DNA from: an uncultured delta proteobacterium
GTDB lineage: Bacteria > Myxococcota_A > Polyangia > Palsa-1104
NCBI GenBank assembly: GCA_963785725.1
Contig: CAWAWS010000014.1
Span: 352,001-416,000, forward strand
Length of the DNA stretch: 64,000 nucleotides
Direction of reading: 5' to 3'
Part shown: piece after piece, positions 51,536 to 60,765 of the stretch
Layout of the letters: every line of letters begins with the position of its first letter
How positions within the stretch are numbered: position 1 is the first letter of the stretch
Program-made: the position numbers and the translations under genes
The notes under the pieces: generated by a model
Database searches by the model: none
What the model was told of the DNA's origin: nothing
Seen by the model: the letters and a program-made list of their open reading frames with translations, nothing else

Positions 51536-52218
51536 ATTGCGCCCGCTGACCATCACGCCCGACTGGCTCAAGGATCCCGAGGGATCGGCGCTCATCCACG
51601 CCGGCAATACCTGGGTCATCTGCACGGCTTCCGTCGAGGAGCGGGTGCCACCGTTCTTGAAGGACAGCGGCAAAGGTTGGGTCACGGGCGAGTACGGCAT
51701 GCTGCCGCGATCGACGAACACGCGCAACAACCGTCAGACGGGCGGGCGCGGCAAGGAGATCGAGCGGCTCATCGGTCGCGCGTTGCGCGCGTCGATCGAC
51801 ATGACGAAGCTCGGGCAGCGGACGATCACGATCGACTGCGACGTGCTTGCAGGCCGACGGTGGCACGCGCACGGCGGCGATCACCGGCGGCTATGTGGCG
51901 TTGGCGTTGGCGTGTCGGCGGCTGGTGAAAAAGGGGCTGCTGAAGAAGTCGCCGTTGATCGCGGAAGTGGCGGCGGTGTCGGTCGGCATCATCGATGGCG
52001 AGCCGCGGCTCGATCTGCCGTACGCGGAGGATTCGATCGCCGGCGTCGACATGAACGTCGTGATGACGGGCGACGGCAAGATCGTCGAGCTGCAGGGCAC
52101 GGCCGAGCACGGCACGTTCGATCGCAAGGAGCTCGACACGCTCGTCGACTTGGCGAGCGGCGGTATCGCGCAGCTGGTGGCGGCGCAGCGCGCGGCGATC
52201 GAGGCTGCGAAGCCGTGA
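51507..52218 (+). CDS. rph: Ribonuclease PH (+1 indel near 51846)
   Basis: [69 protein letters not shown]. Confidence 0.95.
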
Positions 52219-52817
52219 AGATCGTGTTCGCCAGCGGCAATGCGCACAAGGTCGCCGAGATCGCGGCCATGCTGACGCCGCATGGGTTCGAGGTCGTGCG
52301 GTTGGCGTTGACCGTCGACGAAGACGCGCCGACGTTCGCGGGCAACGCCGAGAAGAAGGCGCGCGCGGCGTTGGCGCAGACGGGGTTGCCGTCGCTGGCG
52401 GACGACAGCGGGCTGGAAGTGGACGCGCTCGACGGCGCGCCCGGCGTGCGTTCGGCGCGCTACGCGCTGGACGGCAGCGTGGCGATCGCAGGTCCCGTCG
52501 ACGCGGCGAACAATCGCAAGCTGCTGGCGGCGTTGGCCGACGTGCCGGACGAGCGGCGGACGGCGCGGTTCCGCTGCGCGCTGGTGTTCGTCGACGGCGA
52601 GGGCACGCGGCTGGCGAGCGACGGCAGCTGCGAGGGCGCGATCGGGCGCGTCGGGCGTGGCGACGGCGGGTTCGGCTACGATCCGCTGTTCGTGTTGGAG
52701 GGCGATGGGCGGACGATGGCGGAGCTGACGGCGGACGAGAAGAACCGCGTGTCGCATCGGGCGCGCGCGTTGGGCAAGATGGCCGAGCTGCTGCGGCAGC
52801 GGTACGGCACGCCGTAG
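52215..52817 (+). CDS. rdgB: dITP/XTP pyrophosphatase (HAM1)
   Basis: GTG 52215; [42 protein letters not shown]. Confidence 0.95.
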   Translation: MKIVFASGNAHKVAEIAAMLTPHGFEVVRLALTVDEDAPTFAGNAEKKARAALAQTGLPSLADDSGLEVDALDGAPGVRSARYALDGSVAIAGPVDAANNRKLLAALADVPDERRTARFRCALVFVDGEGTRLASDGSCEGAIGRVGRGDGGFGYDPLFVLEGDGRTMAELTADEKNRVSHRARALGKMAELLRQRYGTP

Positions 52818-52844
52818 GCGCGGCTGCCGCTGCCCGTGGCCGGT

Positions 52845-52960
52845 TGCCGACGACGTCGGCTGCCGGCGACGTCGACTGCGGACGACGTCGGTTGCGACGA
52901 GGTCGGCTGCCGGCGAGGTCGGCTGCGGCGGCGTCGGCTGCGGCGAGGTCGGCTGCGGCG
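52845..52960. repeat. Degenerate tandem repeat, about 7 x 15-16 bp (gcgaSgtcggctgcg)
   Basis: Read directly between rdgB and the tRNA. Confidence 0.8.
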
Positions 52961-53073
52961 TGCGTGCGACGATTGGACGCGCCGGTCGAAGCGGCGATCG
53001 GCGCCGCACGCGGGCAAGCGGCGGGGAAAAATTACGTGCAAAAGTCTTCGCTGTAGGCTACTTAGAAGGCTCT

Positions 53074-53150
53074 CGGGGCGTAGCGCAGTCTGGTAGCGCG
53101 CCTGGTTTGGGACCAGGATGCCGCAGGTTCAAATCCTGTCGCCCCGACCA
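53074..53150 (+). tRNA. tRNA-Pro(UGG)
   Basis: CGGGGCG acceptor stem, D-arm, anticodon arm cctgg-tt-TGG-ga-ccagg, GGTTCAAATCC T-loop, encoded CCA; 77 nt. Confidence 0.97.
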
Positions 53151-53167
53151 ATTAATTAGACTAATTT

Positions 53168-53345
53168 CTAAGCAACTTTCTCCACTTCGTCAGACGTCCT
53201 GGGACGTAGCTGCAACGGCTGCCGAGCATCGCAATGTTCCGGCGGCCGGCTTGCTATCCTTCGTGCCGCTGATCGCGGCTAAGCTGCCAGCGAGATGCAT
53301 CTCATTGAAGTCGCAAGTCGCTGCATATCGATACGAAAGTGCGGA
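53168..53345 (-). pseudogene. Degenerate tyrosine-integrase C-terminal remnant 1
   Basis: DNA similarity to 60376-60450 (tctaagYaRctttctcc; ctgcaacggc(t)gccgagcatcgc); translates RRNIAMLGSR. Confidence 0.5.
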
Positions 53346-53354
53346 TGAGCACGT

Positions 53355-53887
53355 TCACTTGAGGTTGTTATCTATACCGGCCTTCGTATCCGGGTGCAGC
53401 CGAATAACCTCGTCCCGATGCTGACGAACCCAATCGCCATCCACGAACGCGAGCTCCGCAGTAATCTGAGCTGGCTGGCCATTGGGATCCAGCGCCTCCT
53501 TTCTCGCCAAATCGCGAGCTTCCCCGTCCGTACTGATCAACTTCGCCATGACCCAAAGCAGCCAGAATTCGAGGTCCTTGTCGTCGCCGTTGATGTAGAC
53601 GCCTTTGAACGAGGACGATCGCCTCGGATGAAAGGGAGCACTGCCCTCGTAAGATCCGACTTGGGAGCTGAGTGCAAGAACTGAAGCGCCCTGTATCTCA
53701 GCTCGGGATCTGCATCACCGATTCTTCGGACAATCGCCTCTCCTAGCGCTTGTCCCTGCGGCGTATTCCCAATCCGCTGCCATTCGCGAAGCAGTCCTTC
53801 TAGCGGCCCCGAATCAGTCGACCGCCCGTCGCCGTCCGTTCCAGTCAAGTAGGCTCGGGCCAACTCGTCGATCTGCGCGTCGAGCAT
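53355..53887 (-). CDS. Putative immunity protein (helical, HEAT-like; one frameshift near 53610)
   Basis: GGAG SD and ATG 53887; ORFs 53537..53932 and 53355..53549 join as MLDAQIDELAR...DADPELRYRALQFL...DLEFWLLWVMAKLIST...DNNLK. Confidence 0.55.
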
Positions 53888-53889
53888 GT

Positions 53890-54800
53890 TTATTGGCTCC
53901 TGCGTTGTTTGGTGCCGCCGGGTGCGCACCATCTGCCGGCCCGTTTGCGCTGTCGTGCTTCGGCGCCGCCGGCGCGGTCGGCATCACGAGCGCTCGCTGC
54001 TTGAAGTGCTTGAGCGCCATCGCTTCATGACGGCCTCATAGGTGTTGTTCTTGGTGAGTCCCCAATGCGGATCTTGAGAGTGCTTCCACAGGCGTCGCCC
54101 TCCCAGCCCTGCATCATGCCGTCGAAGGAGGTCGGCTTGAACATCTCGATGCCAGCCGTTTTCAACTCGGCGGGCGGCATATCCAGACGAACTGCGCCAT
54201 GCGTGTAGTTCACGTCCTGGTGAATGTAGAGCTGCTCGCGCAGCTTCTCCAGATTCGCTGCGTTGGCCGCAGAGGAGGGGAACCACCAAGTCTCGTCCGC
54301 CTTGCCCTTGAGCACTGCCTCGTTGTTCATGTCACGCGAAGGCTCGAACTTGTTCTCACGCGTTCGCTCGATCAAATCGTCGGCGGTGTTGATGCGATTC
54401 GCAGCGACGAACGCTCGATTCACGTAGCCATAGTTGAAGATCGAGGGAAGATCGACAACTCGCGAAACACCGTTCGATCCGGCGATGATCTGCTCAGGAA
54501 CGAGATTTCCAAGGCAGAGGTATTTCTGTCCGGCCGTCGACACTTCATCCCGCATGGCCTTTGTGAGGTCGCTCGGTCGCGCCTGCGATGAACTGAGGTC
54601 GAATCGCCACGGCGCGCGGCCGCACTTCGTTCATCAGAGCTTGATACTTCTGCTTGGCGATTCCCGGGTGGCCGCGCAGGCGTCTCCCAGTGTCTCCGCC
54701 GCGGGCGCATTCGCCCCGGCCGCTCCGCCGGCTTGGCCCTGCGGCTGTGCGGCGTGAGCGCCGTCTTGTGGCTTGCGCTGGATGCGTCCCGCCTGCTGAC
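53890..54800 (-). pseudogene. 5'-truncated, frameshifted polymorphic-toxin-like gene
   Basis: Pieces: GRIQRKP plus Ala/Gly linker (54634..54834), globular domain (54025..54555), LWKHSQDPHWGLTKNNTYEAVMK (53984..54289), and a low-complexity tail abutting the next gene. Confidence 0.5.
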
Positions 54801-55151
54801 CTTGAAGAAGTTCGAAATGCGATTGCGGGCCCACTCTCGATCCCCCAAGACGGCGAATACATGGCGCGCGACTATGTCCTCAAAGGCATGCGCGACTACT
54901 GACCGTCGAAGCGAACGAGTCTGTCACCGGCTATTCCGCGATATCTCGAAGCAAGAATCAGCTCTTGGCGGCCGACTCAATCGTCGACGGCCCACTTGCT
55001 CGCAAATTACGCTTCGTGCTAACTTTGCTGCAACTTGCCTGTTATTGCGGATACTTATAATCCACGTCACGCAACGAACGAGCTCATTGTCGTTCGGGCG
55101 CAGCTAAGAAACGCCTCGCCGGGCGCGTATGGTGGCCCTCCCCGAAAGAGA

Positions 55152-55979
55152 GTGCTGCGTTCGTTCATCTTCTTGATCTCCGCGCTGGTGGGGCTCTTGT
55201 CGTACGACGCGAGCGTGTCGGCCAATGAAAGGTCCGAAGCGCGCGAGCACTTCGAGAAGGGTACCAAGGCGTTCGAGCTCGGCGCCTACGACGAGGCCAT
55301 CGCCGAATACTCCGCGGCCTATCGCCTCCGCGACGATCCGGCGTTGCTCTACAACCTCGCCCAGGCGAACCAATCGGGTGGCCACTTGGTCGAGGCGCTC
55401 CGTTTCTACCGGCTCTTTCTCATAAAGGTACCGAACACGCCGAACCGCGCCGAAGTTGAAGACAAGATCGCCGACCTGCAGAAAGCGACAGAACTACAGA
55501 AAAGGCCTGCGGAGGCTGCCCCCCAAGAGCCAAAGCCCTCAGTCACCGTCGCAGCCCCGGAGCCGCCACCTTCCGTCGCGGTGACCGCGTCGCCGCAAGC
55601 TTCGCAGGCGACAGCACCATCCGACTCCACTGCCACCCGGCCCGGGAACGTGAAGAGGATAGCTGGTATCGTTGTTGGAGTCGTCGGCGTCGGTGCCGTC
55701 GTGGGTGGTGTGGTTTGTGGCGTACTGGCACAAAAAGCGGGCGACAAACTCTCCCAACTCGACCAGTCAAAGCAGACCTTCGACTACAACCAAGAGCGAA
55801 ACGGCAAAACGGACCAGCTTCTCGAGGGAGTTCTTCTCGGAGTGGGCGCGGCAGCGATTGTCGCGGGCACGGTCACATTCATCGTGGGACAGCGCGAAAA
55901 GAATCGGTCGCGTCAGGTCTCTATCGCCCCCATCGCAGGCGCCAATCTCGCGGGTATCCTAGTCAACGGACGGTTCTGA
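55152..55979 (+). CDS. Secreted TPR protein with Gly-rich hydrophobic C-terminal domain
   Basis: Signal peptide; AREHFEKGTKAF...LLYNLAQA...FYRLFL; ends VSIAPIAGANLAGILVNGRF. Confidence 0.85.
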   Translation: MLRSFIFLISALVGLLSYDASVSANERSEAREHFEKGTKAFELGAYDEAIAEYSAAYRLRDDPALLYNLAQANQSGGHLVEALRFYRLFLIKVPNTPNRAEVEDKIADLQKATELQKRPAEAAPQEPKPSVTVAAPEPPPSVAVTASPQASQATAPSDSTATRPGNVKRIAGIVVGVVGVGAVVGGVVCGVLAQKAGDKLSQLDQSKQTFDYNQERNGKTDQLLEGVLLGVGAAAIVAGTVTFIVGQREKNRSRQVSIAPIAGANLAGILVNGRF

Positions 55980-56242
55980 TGCGCTTCCTATTGCTCGGTT
56001 CACTGCTCCTGGCTGCCGGTTGCTTTTCGCCCAAGTACGGGAACGGCGACTTGAAGTGCCAGTCGGGCGCACATCCTTGCCCAGAGGGATTTCAGTGCGC
56101 GCCTGACAACACATGCTGGAAGACCGGCTCAGACCTGGGCTCGTCTCATGACATGTCCTCTACTGATATGACGCCTACGGCCGTCGGCAATTGCGTTCTA
56201 GACAAAAACCATTTAAACGACGGCTGCAGTCTTGCGCCGTGA
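55979..56242 (+). CDS. Small Cys-rich lipoprotein (87 aa)
   Basis: TGATG overlap; MRFLLLGSLLLAAGC lipobox; CQSGAHPCPEGFQCAPDNTC. Confidence 0.8.
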   Translation: MRFLLLGSLLLAAGCFSPKYGNGDLKCQSGAHPCPEGFQCAPDNTCWKTGSDLGSSHDMSSTDMTPTAVGNCVLDKNHLNDGCSLAP

Positions 56243-56249
56243 GGGATCT

Positions 56250-56945
56250 ATGAGTGAGCGAGAGATCGTCGTTCGATTCCGACTCCCAGAATCACCGCGG
56301 CAGCGCTGGCTGTTCGCTATCGTGCTCGTGGTCGTGTGCTTCGGCGCCGCGGTGTACGCAACTGTACCCAACACGTTCGCAGCAGGAGACTTGCTCTCCG
56401 CACAAAAGCTGAACGACAACTTCTCCAATCTCGACGGTCGCATTGCGGCCATCGAGACCGCCTCGGCTCCAGTGCCCTCGGGGACTATCATCGCTTTTGG
56501 CGGCACGACCGCGCCGGCGGGCTATCTGGCCTGCGACGGAGCATCTGTGACCCAGGCGAGCTATCCCGCCTTGTTCGCCGCCATCGGTACAGCGTGGGGC
56601 AGCGCCGATGCAACGCACTTCAACGTGCCGGATCTCCGCGGTCGATTCCCGCGCGGAGATGACCAAGGCGCCGGGGTCGACCCCGACGCAGCCTCGCGTA
56701 TCGCCTTGGTCTCCGGCGGAGCAACTGGCAATAACGTCGGTTCGTATCAGCTCGACCAGTTTGCGAGCCACTTCCATACATACAACCGCGCGCCCACTGC
56801 GTTCTCTGAGCAGGTGTCCGGTTCGTCCGTTCTGGGCGGCGCGCAAAGTCCGACCTACGCGCCAGTTGCGGACAAGGTCAATGCAGCAGGTGGCAGCGAG
56901 AGCCGCCCGAAGAATGCGTACGTTCGCTATCTAATTAAGCTCTAG
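56250..56945 (+). CDS. Phage tail-collar-domain protein with N-terminal signal/TM
   Basis: VPSGTIIAFGG..APAGYLACDG, YPALFAAIGT, FNVPDLRGRFPRG, ESRPKNAYVRYLIK; preceded by a TM segment and VPNTFAAGDLLSAQKLNDNF. Confidence 0.9.
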   Translation: MSEREIVVRFRLPESPRQRWLFAIVLVVVCFGAAVYATVPNTFAAGDLLSAQKLNDNFSNLDGRIAAIETASAPVPSGTIIAFGGTTAPAGYLACDGASVTQASYPALFAAIGTAWGSADATHFNVPDLRGRFPRGDDQGAGVDPDAASRIALVSGGATGNNVGSYQLDQFASHFHTYNRAPTAFSEQVSGSSVLGGAQSPTYAPVADKVNAAGGSESRPKNAYVRYLIKL

Positions 56946-57049
56946 TCGACATGCGGGTAGCTCCGCGTCGACTCTGACCGGCTGCTCGCATCCCGAAGAC
57001 CGATGCTGTCTTTCCACCACCTCATTCCTTTCTCGCTCGTGATTTAGCC

Positions 57050-58651
57050 ATGCCACGCAAATCGCCGCCGCAACCACTGACAAGGCAGCCGCGCCTAACC
57101 AAGACGATCGTCATCGCCATGGTGTTCGCGGCCGCTTGGGTGCTTTTTGCAACATCTCACTTTGGCGTCGGGCTAACGCCGGATTCTCTAGACTACATCG
57201 CCGCCGCCAAGTCACTAGCCGCCGGCCGGGGCTATCTCAACTCGGATCAGACGTTTTTTTCAGCTTGGCCTCCGCTGCTACCAACTGCATTGGGCGCGCT
57301 CAAGATTGCTGGAGTCGATCCAACCCATGGTGCGCGATATCTAAACGCCCTCTGCCTGGCGTTGATTGTCTGGCAAAGCGCATGTTGGTTTCGCTCTTTC
57401 TCACAATCCAACGTCGCGCTTCTATTTGGGCTGGGCGCCGTTCTCGTTTCCCGGCCGTTGTTGCGGATATCGCTGCTTGCGTGGACCGAGCCAATGTTCT
57501 GTTTGTTTGTCTTGGTCTTCATCAATCAGATATCGGGATTTCTGAGGACCCGCGCAAACACCAAGCTACTGCTTGCGGGTCTGGCGGCAGGCGCAGCCAT
57601 GCTGACACGGTATATCGGCTTCACCTTGATTATTAGCGGCGGAATCTTGCTGCTTCTTGATCGCCGCCGCTCCATACGCGAAAGAATCTTCGCCGCCGCT
57701 GCCTTCGGTAGTCTCTCAGTCCTGACTTACGCGCCCTGGGCGATTCGAAATCTGTCTCGCTCTTTGAGTCCGACGGGTGCCAAACGCGTCTTCGGCTATG
57801 ACGTGCCAAGCCTGGCGCAGAATCTCTCGACCACGGGTGACTTCATGACCCGCTGGTTCTTGCCTCCCAACATTCCTCTCGCGTTCCGACTGCCCTTGGG
57901 AATTGTGGTCCTCGCCCTGGTGGTCGCTGTCACTCTGCGTTCTCGCGGCGAGAGCGATAAAACCCGGGACGACGAGCCACTCGCAATCTCCCCGTTCCTT
58001 TCCGGGATCACGTTTCTGGTCATCTACTTCACAACTCTCATAGCCCTCGCGTGCAGCATTCACTTCGATCCAATACAAGACCGTCTTCTGTCGCCCATTT
58101 ATGTGCCACTGATTGGTGTTTTTGTGTTCGCGATCAATCAGGTCGATGCTGCATTGGCTTCGCAGTCGTCCGCTGGGAAGAGCACAGCCCGACTGTTGGC
58201 CTCGTCCGTTGTCGGGCTTTCACTGCTCTATCCGCTCGCGTTCGTTGGGGTCATGACGAGGGAGGCTCTTACCGTGGGCACAGGCGGATACTCGAGCGCC
58301 GCTTGGCTGAGCTCCGACCTGATCGCCTACCTTCGCGCCCACCCCGTTAGCGGGAGCCTTGCGAGTAACTCAGACAATGCCGTGCTTTATTTCACGGACC
58401 TTCCTGCATTTCCGAGCGCAAGTCGCGTGAAGTCCGAGAGCGATCGCGAAGCAATGGGCGCGTGGATCAAGGCTCATCTGCTCGGTACGCAGACTTATCT
58501 CGCATGGTTCAAGCCGCCACTGACGGCAGTCGAATCGGATTACTACCAGCCCGAAGAGTACTCGAAAGTGTTCGACGTCTCCGTGGTTCACACCAGCTCT
58601 GACGGAACCCTCTTCCTTCTGACCACTCGCACCGATCGCATACACGACTAA
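57050..58651 (+). CDS. GT-C (ArnT/PMT-like) membrane glycosyltransferase
   Basis: TPDSLDYIAAAKSL, WPPLLP, WTEPMF, LTRYIG, RLLSPIY; many TMs; low GC. Confidence 0.8.
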   Translation: MPRKSPPQPLTRQPRLTKTIVIAMVFAAAWVLFATSHFGVGLTPDSLDYIAAAKSLAAGRGYLNSDQTFFSAWPPLLPTALGALKIAGVDPTHGARYLNALCLALIVWQSACWFRSFSQSNVALLFGLGAVLVSRPLLRISLLAWTEPMFCLFVLVFINQISGFLRTRANTKLLLAGLAAGAAMLTRYIGFTLIISGGILLLLDRRRSIRERIFAAAAFGSLSVLTYAPWAIRNLSRSLSPTGAKRVFGYDVPSLAQNLSTTGDFMTRWFLPPNIPLAFRLPLGIVVLALVVAVTLRSRGESDKTRDDEPLAISPFLSGITFLVIYFTTLIALACSIHFDPIQDRLLSPIYVPLIGVFVFAINQVDAALASQSSAGKSTARLLASSVVGLSLLYPLAFVGVMTREALTVGTGGYSSAAWLSSDLIAYLRAHPVSGSLASNSDNAVLYFTDLPAFPSASRVKSESDREAMGAWIKAHLLGTQTYLAWFKPPLTAVESDYYQPEEYSKVFDVSVVHTSSDGTLFLLTTRTDRIHD

Positions 58652-58742
58652 CCAGTCAGCAGATCGGCGACATGCGGGCGCTCATCGGAGCTATCCAAGG
58701 GGCGCTTTGACGACGTCGCCCACGCATGGTCCCATCCGCGCC

Positions 58743-59050
58743 ATGGGCTCAGCCGCTGCCGATTCCAAGACTTCCAACATCATGAGCCGCGCCGAGATGT
58801 CGCGGCTGATCGCCAAACGGCTGCAGCGCGACGCCGCGTTGTTGCGTCAGTCGTGGTCGTCGGCGCGCCCGTTCCGCCACTTCGTCGTCGACGATCTGCT
58901 GCCGCTCGAGGTCGGCCGGAAGAGCCGCTCAAGCGACTGGTGCTCAAGGTGAGCGACGGGCTGCTCTTGAACTTCGTGGGCCGCCACTTCCCGTGGTTGA
59001 CGCAGCTGACGAAACACCGCATCAAGACGCCGCCGGCGAAGCAGCCGTAA
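58743..59050 (+). pseudogene. 2OG-Fe(II) oxygenase with most of the gene deleted internally
   Basis: N-terminal WSSARPFRHFVVDDLLP is joined out of frame near 58913 to a C-terminal-like GRPEEPLKRLVL...TKHRIK segment. Confidence 0.6.
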
Positions 59051-59309
59051 TTGGCGATAAGTTTACGGCGCCGAAACGGGCAGGAACGCCCGTCCGTCCC
59101 TAAACACGGTGGCGTCGCAGTCGCAGCCGCCAACTGGTCGCAGTCAAAGCCTTCCGAGTGGTCATGGCCGCAGCCCCTCGAGTCGTCGCATTCGCAGCCC
59201 GCCAAGTCGGTTCGAGGCAACGCCGGACCGCTCAGCGAATTCCTTCCTTCGCGCCCAGGCCGCTGTCATGCCAGCGCTCGACCCGCTTGATCAAGACTTC
59301 TCGCGGTGC

Positions 59310-59545
59310 TCGCGCCATCCAGCGATTGGAGATCCGCTCGCTCCACCGCCGTCACGACGCTGTTCGCCGAACGGATACGTCAGTACCCAGGCGACTCCCC
59401 ACCGGAGGAACTGCCGCTCGATCGGATGAAGACGCAGGCGTTGCCGCCCGGCGCTCGTGCTGCTCTGCAGCGTGGTCGCCAGCGCCCAGGTCAAGCTGCG
59501 CCGCATCGAAGGCTGGCCGGACATCGTGCACATGCTTAGCTGGCA
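59310..59545 (+). mobile_element. IS256-family transposase C-terminal scar
   Basis: Across frames: DWRSARST, EE...RMKTQALP, ALVLLCSVVASAQVKLRRIEGW, resembling IS256 C-termini as I recall them. Confidence 0.5.
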
Positions 59546-59614
59546 CGCATGTCCAATAAGAGGTAGCGTGAGCCCTGGTGCTACATACATGAACCGCTGG
59601 TTGCGGAGATCCCC

Positions 59615-59983
59615 ATGGTCCAGTCGTCGTTGTCACTCCTGGTCCTCCGGGCGGAGGATCTCGATCGTTCGCTTCGCTTCTATCAAGCGTTGGGGCTGAA
59701 GTTTACCGAAGAGCAGCACGGCAATGGGCCCCTGCACCATGCGTGTCAGCTTGGCGAGGCGGTACTTGAGCTATACCCAGGCAAGCCCGGGAGCGCCCCG
59801 GACCGACGGAGCGGAGGCGCAACTATGATTGGATTCCGCGTGGATTCGCTGTCGCAAACGCTGCTGACGCTGGCCGAGCTGGGAGTCACAGTTCTGACAG
59901 CGCCAAGCCCGTCCTCGACGCCCTCGCGAGCGGTAGTAGAGGATCCTGATGGACGTGCCATCGAGATTCGGGGGAAGGAGTGA
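59615..59983 (+). CDS. VOC/glyoxalase-family protein
   Basis: GGAGA SD; LLVLRAEDLDRSLRFYQALG, EQHGNGPLHH, LELYP, DPDGRAIE. Confidence 0.88.
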   Translation: MVQSSLSLLVLRAEDLDRSLRFYQALGLKFTEEQHGNGPLHHACQLGEAVLELYPGKPGSAPDRRSGGATMIGFRVDSLSQTLLTLAELGVTVLTAPSPSSTPSRAVVEDPDGRAIEIRGKE

Positions 59984-60335
59984 GGGCAACCGAACCGTGC
60001 GATCAATATCCGAATAGAACGGGCGGATCAGGACGCAGTCAAGCGGACCTTCGGAGCGATAGCCATCCTCCGTGGCATCCAGGCACCGACGGAAAGCTCA
60101 ATCGGCGTGGCATCCAAAGGCAACCCAATGTCATCGATCAAAGGTGTTCCGAAAAGGGTTGGGCGTGGCCAAAATCCGGTGCCACGTGGGTGCCACGGCG
60201 AGAGCATTTTGACGAGGTCAGACGGGAAAGACGGAACAAGCGGGGCCGAACACTCGAGCTCTAATACAGCGCCAATGTTAAGGAAACGTCGCAAGCCAGC
60301 GTCGCTCCTTATCATTTCTAATATCGGGACAACCG

Positions 60336-60365
60336 GGTTCAAATCCTGTCGCCCCGACCAATTAA
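60336..60365 (+). repeat. att-site copy of the tRNA-Pro 3' end
   Basis: 30/30 identity with 53126-53155. Confidence 0.95.
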
Positions 60366-60376
60366 CTACAGATTGT

Positions 60377-60551
60377 CTAAGTAGCTTTCTCCTTTCGGTC
60401 AGGCATCACTGCAACGGCGCCGAGCATCGCGAAGGTACGGCGGTCGGTGTCGCTCTCTTTCTCGCGGATATTGAGGATCTCGTCCGGGATCTGGCGCGCC
60501 TTGGTCGCTGGCGGACTCGACGTACAGCATCGTTTCGTCGATCCGCTTGTG
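60377..60551 (-). pseudogene. Tyrosine-integrase C-terminal remnant 2
   Basis: HKRIDETMLYV (His...catalytic Tyr box) followed after a frameshift by RQIPDEIL...DTDRRTFAMLGA; ends beside the att copy. Confidence 0.65.
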
Positions 60552-60765
60552 GGGATCGACGGCCCAAACGACCCGATCAACCGCGAGGTTGAGCACTTGT
60601 GCCGGGGAACCCCGATTTGCCTCCCTCGGGATCGTCAGCCCGAACGGCACGACAACTGCGAGGTCTCGTAGGCGAAGTGCAAGCCGCCGTCATGAATGGC
60701 ACGACCAACCTGCGAAGTCGCTGCGTGCGCCCAAATGGCGGGCCAATCGTCGACGCAGTTTGCGA

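Larger units (their letters stand above)
53126..60365. mobile_element. Decayed genomic island integrated at tRNA-Pro, bounded by a 30-bp att duplication
   Basis: ggttcaaatcctgtcgccccgaccaattaa is identical at 53126-53155 and 60336-60365; interior is visibly less GC-rich and holds gene fragments. Confidence 0.88.

Noticed and set aside
51507..52817. Apparent Rph-RdgB fusion ORF (436 aa)
   Set aside because: Produced by the +1 indel near 51846; the middle is out-of-frame sequence, and rph and rdgB have their own stop and start (GTGA overlap at 52215-52218).
56250..56945. Prophage inferred from the tail-collar gene
   Set aside because: No capsid, terminase, portal, sheath, baseplate or lysis genes were seen, and the protein has an export signal.
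60028..60342. 104-aa minus-strand ORF (and 60107..60592 on plus)
   Set aside because: Overlaps the att and arm-site region, has atypical codons and no motifs; probably non-coding.
60336..60365. Second tRNA gene
   Set aside because: Only the T-arm and 3' acceptor half are present; this is an att duplication.
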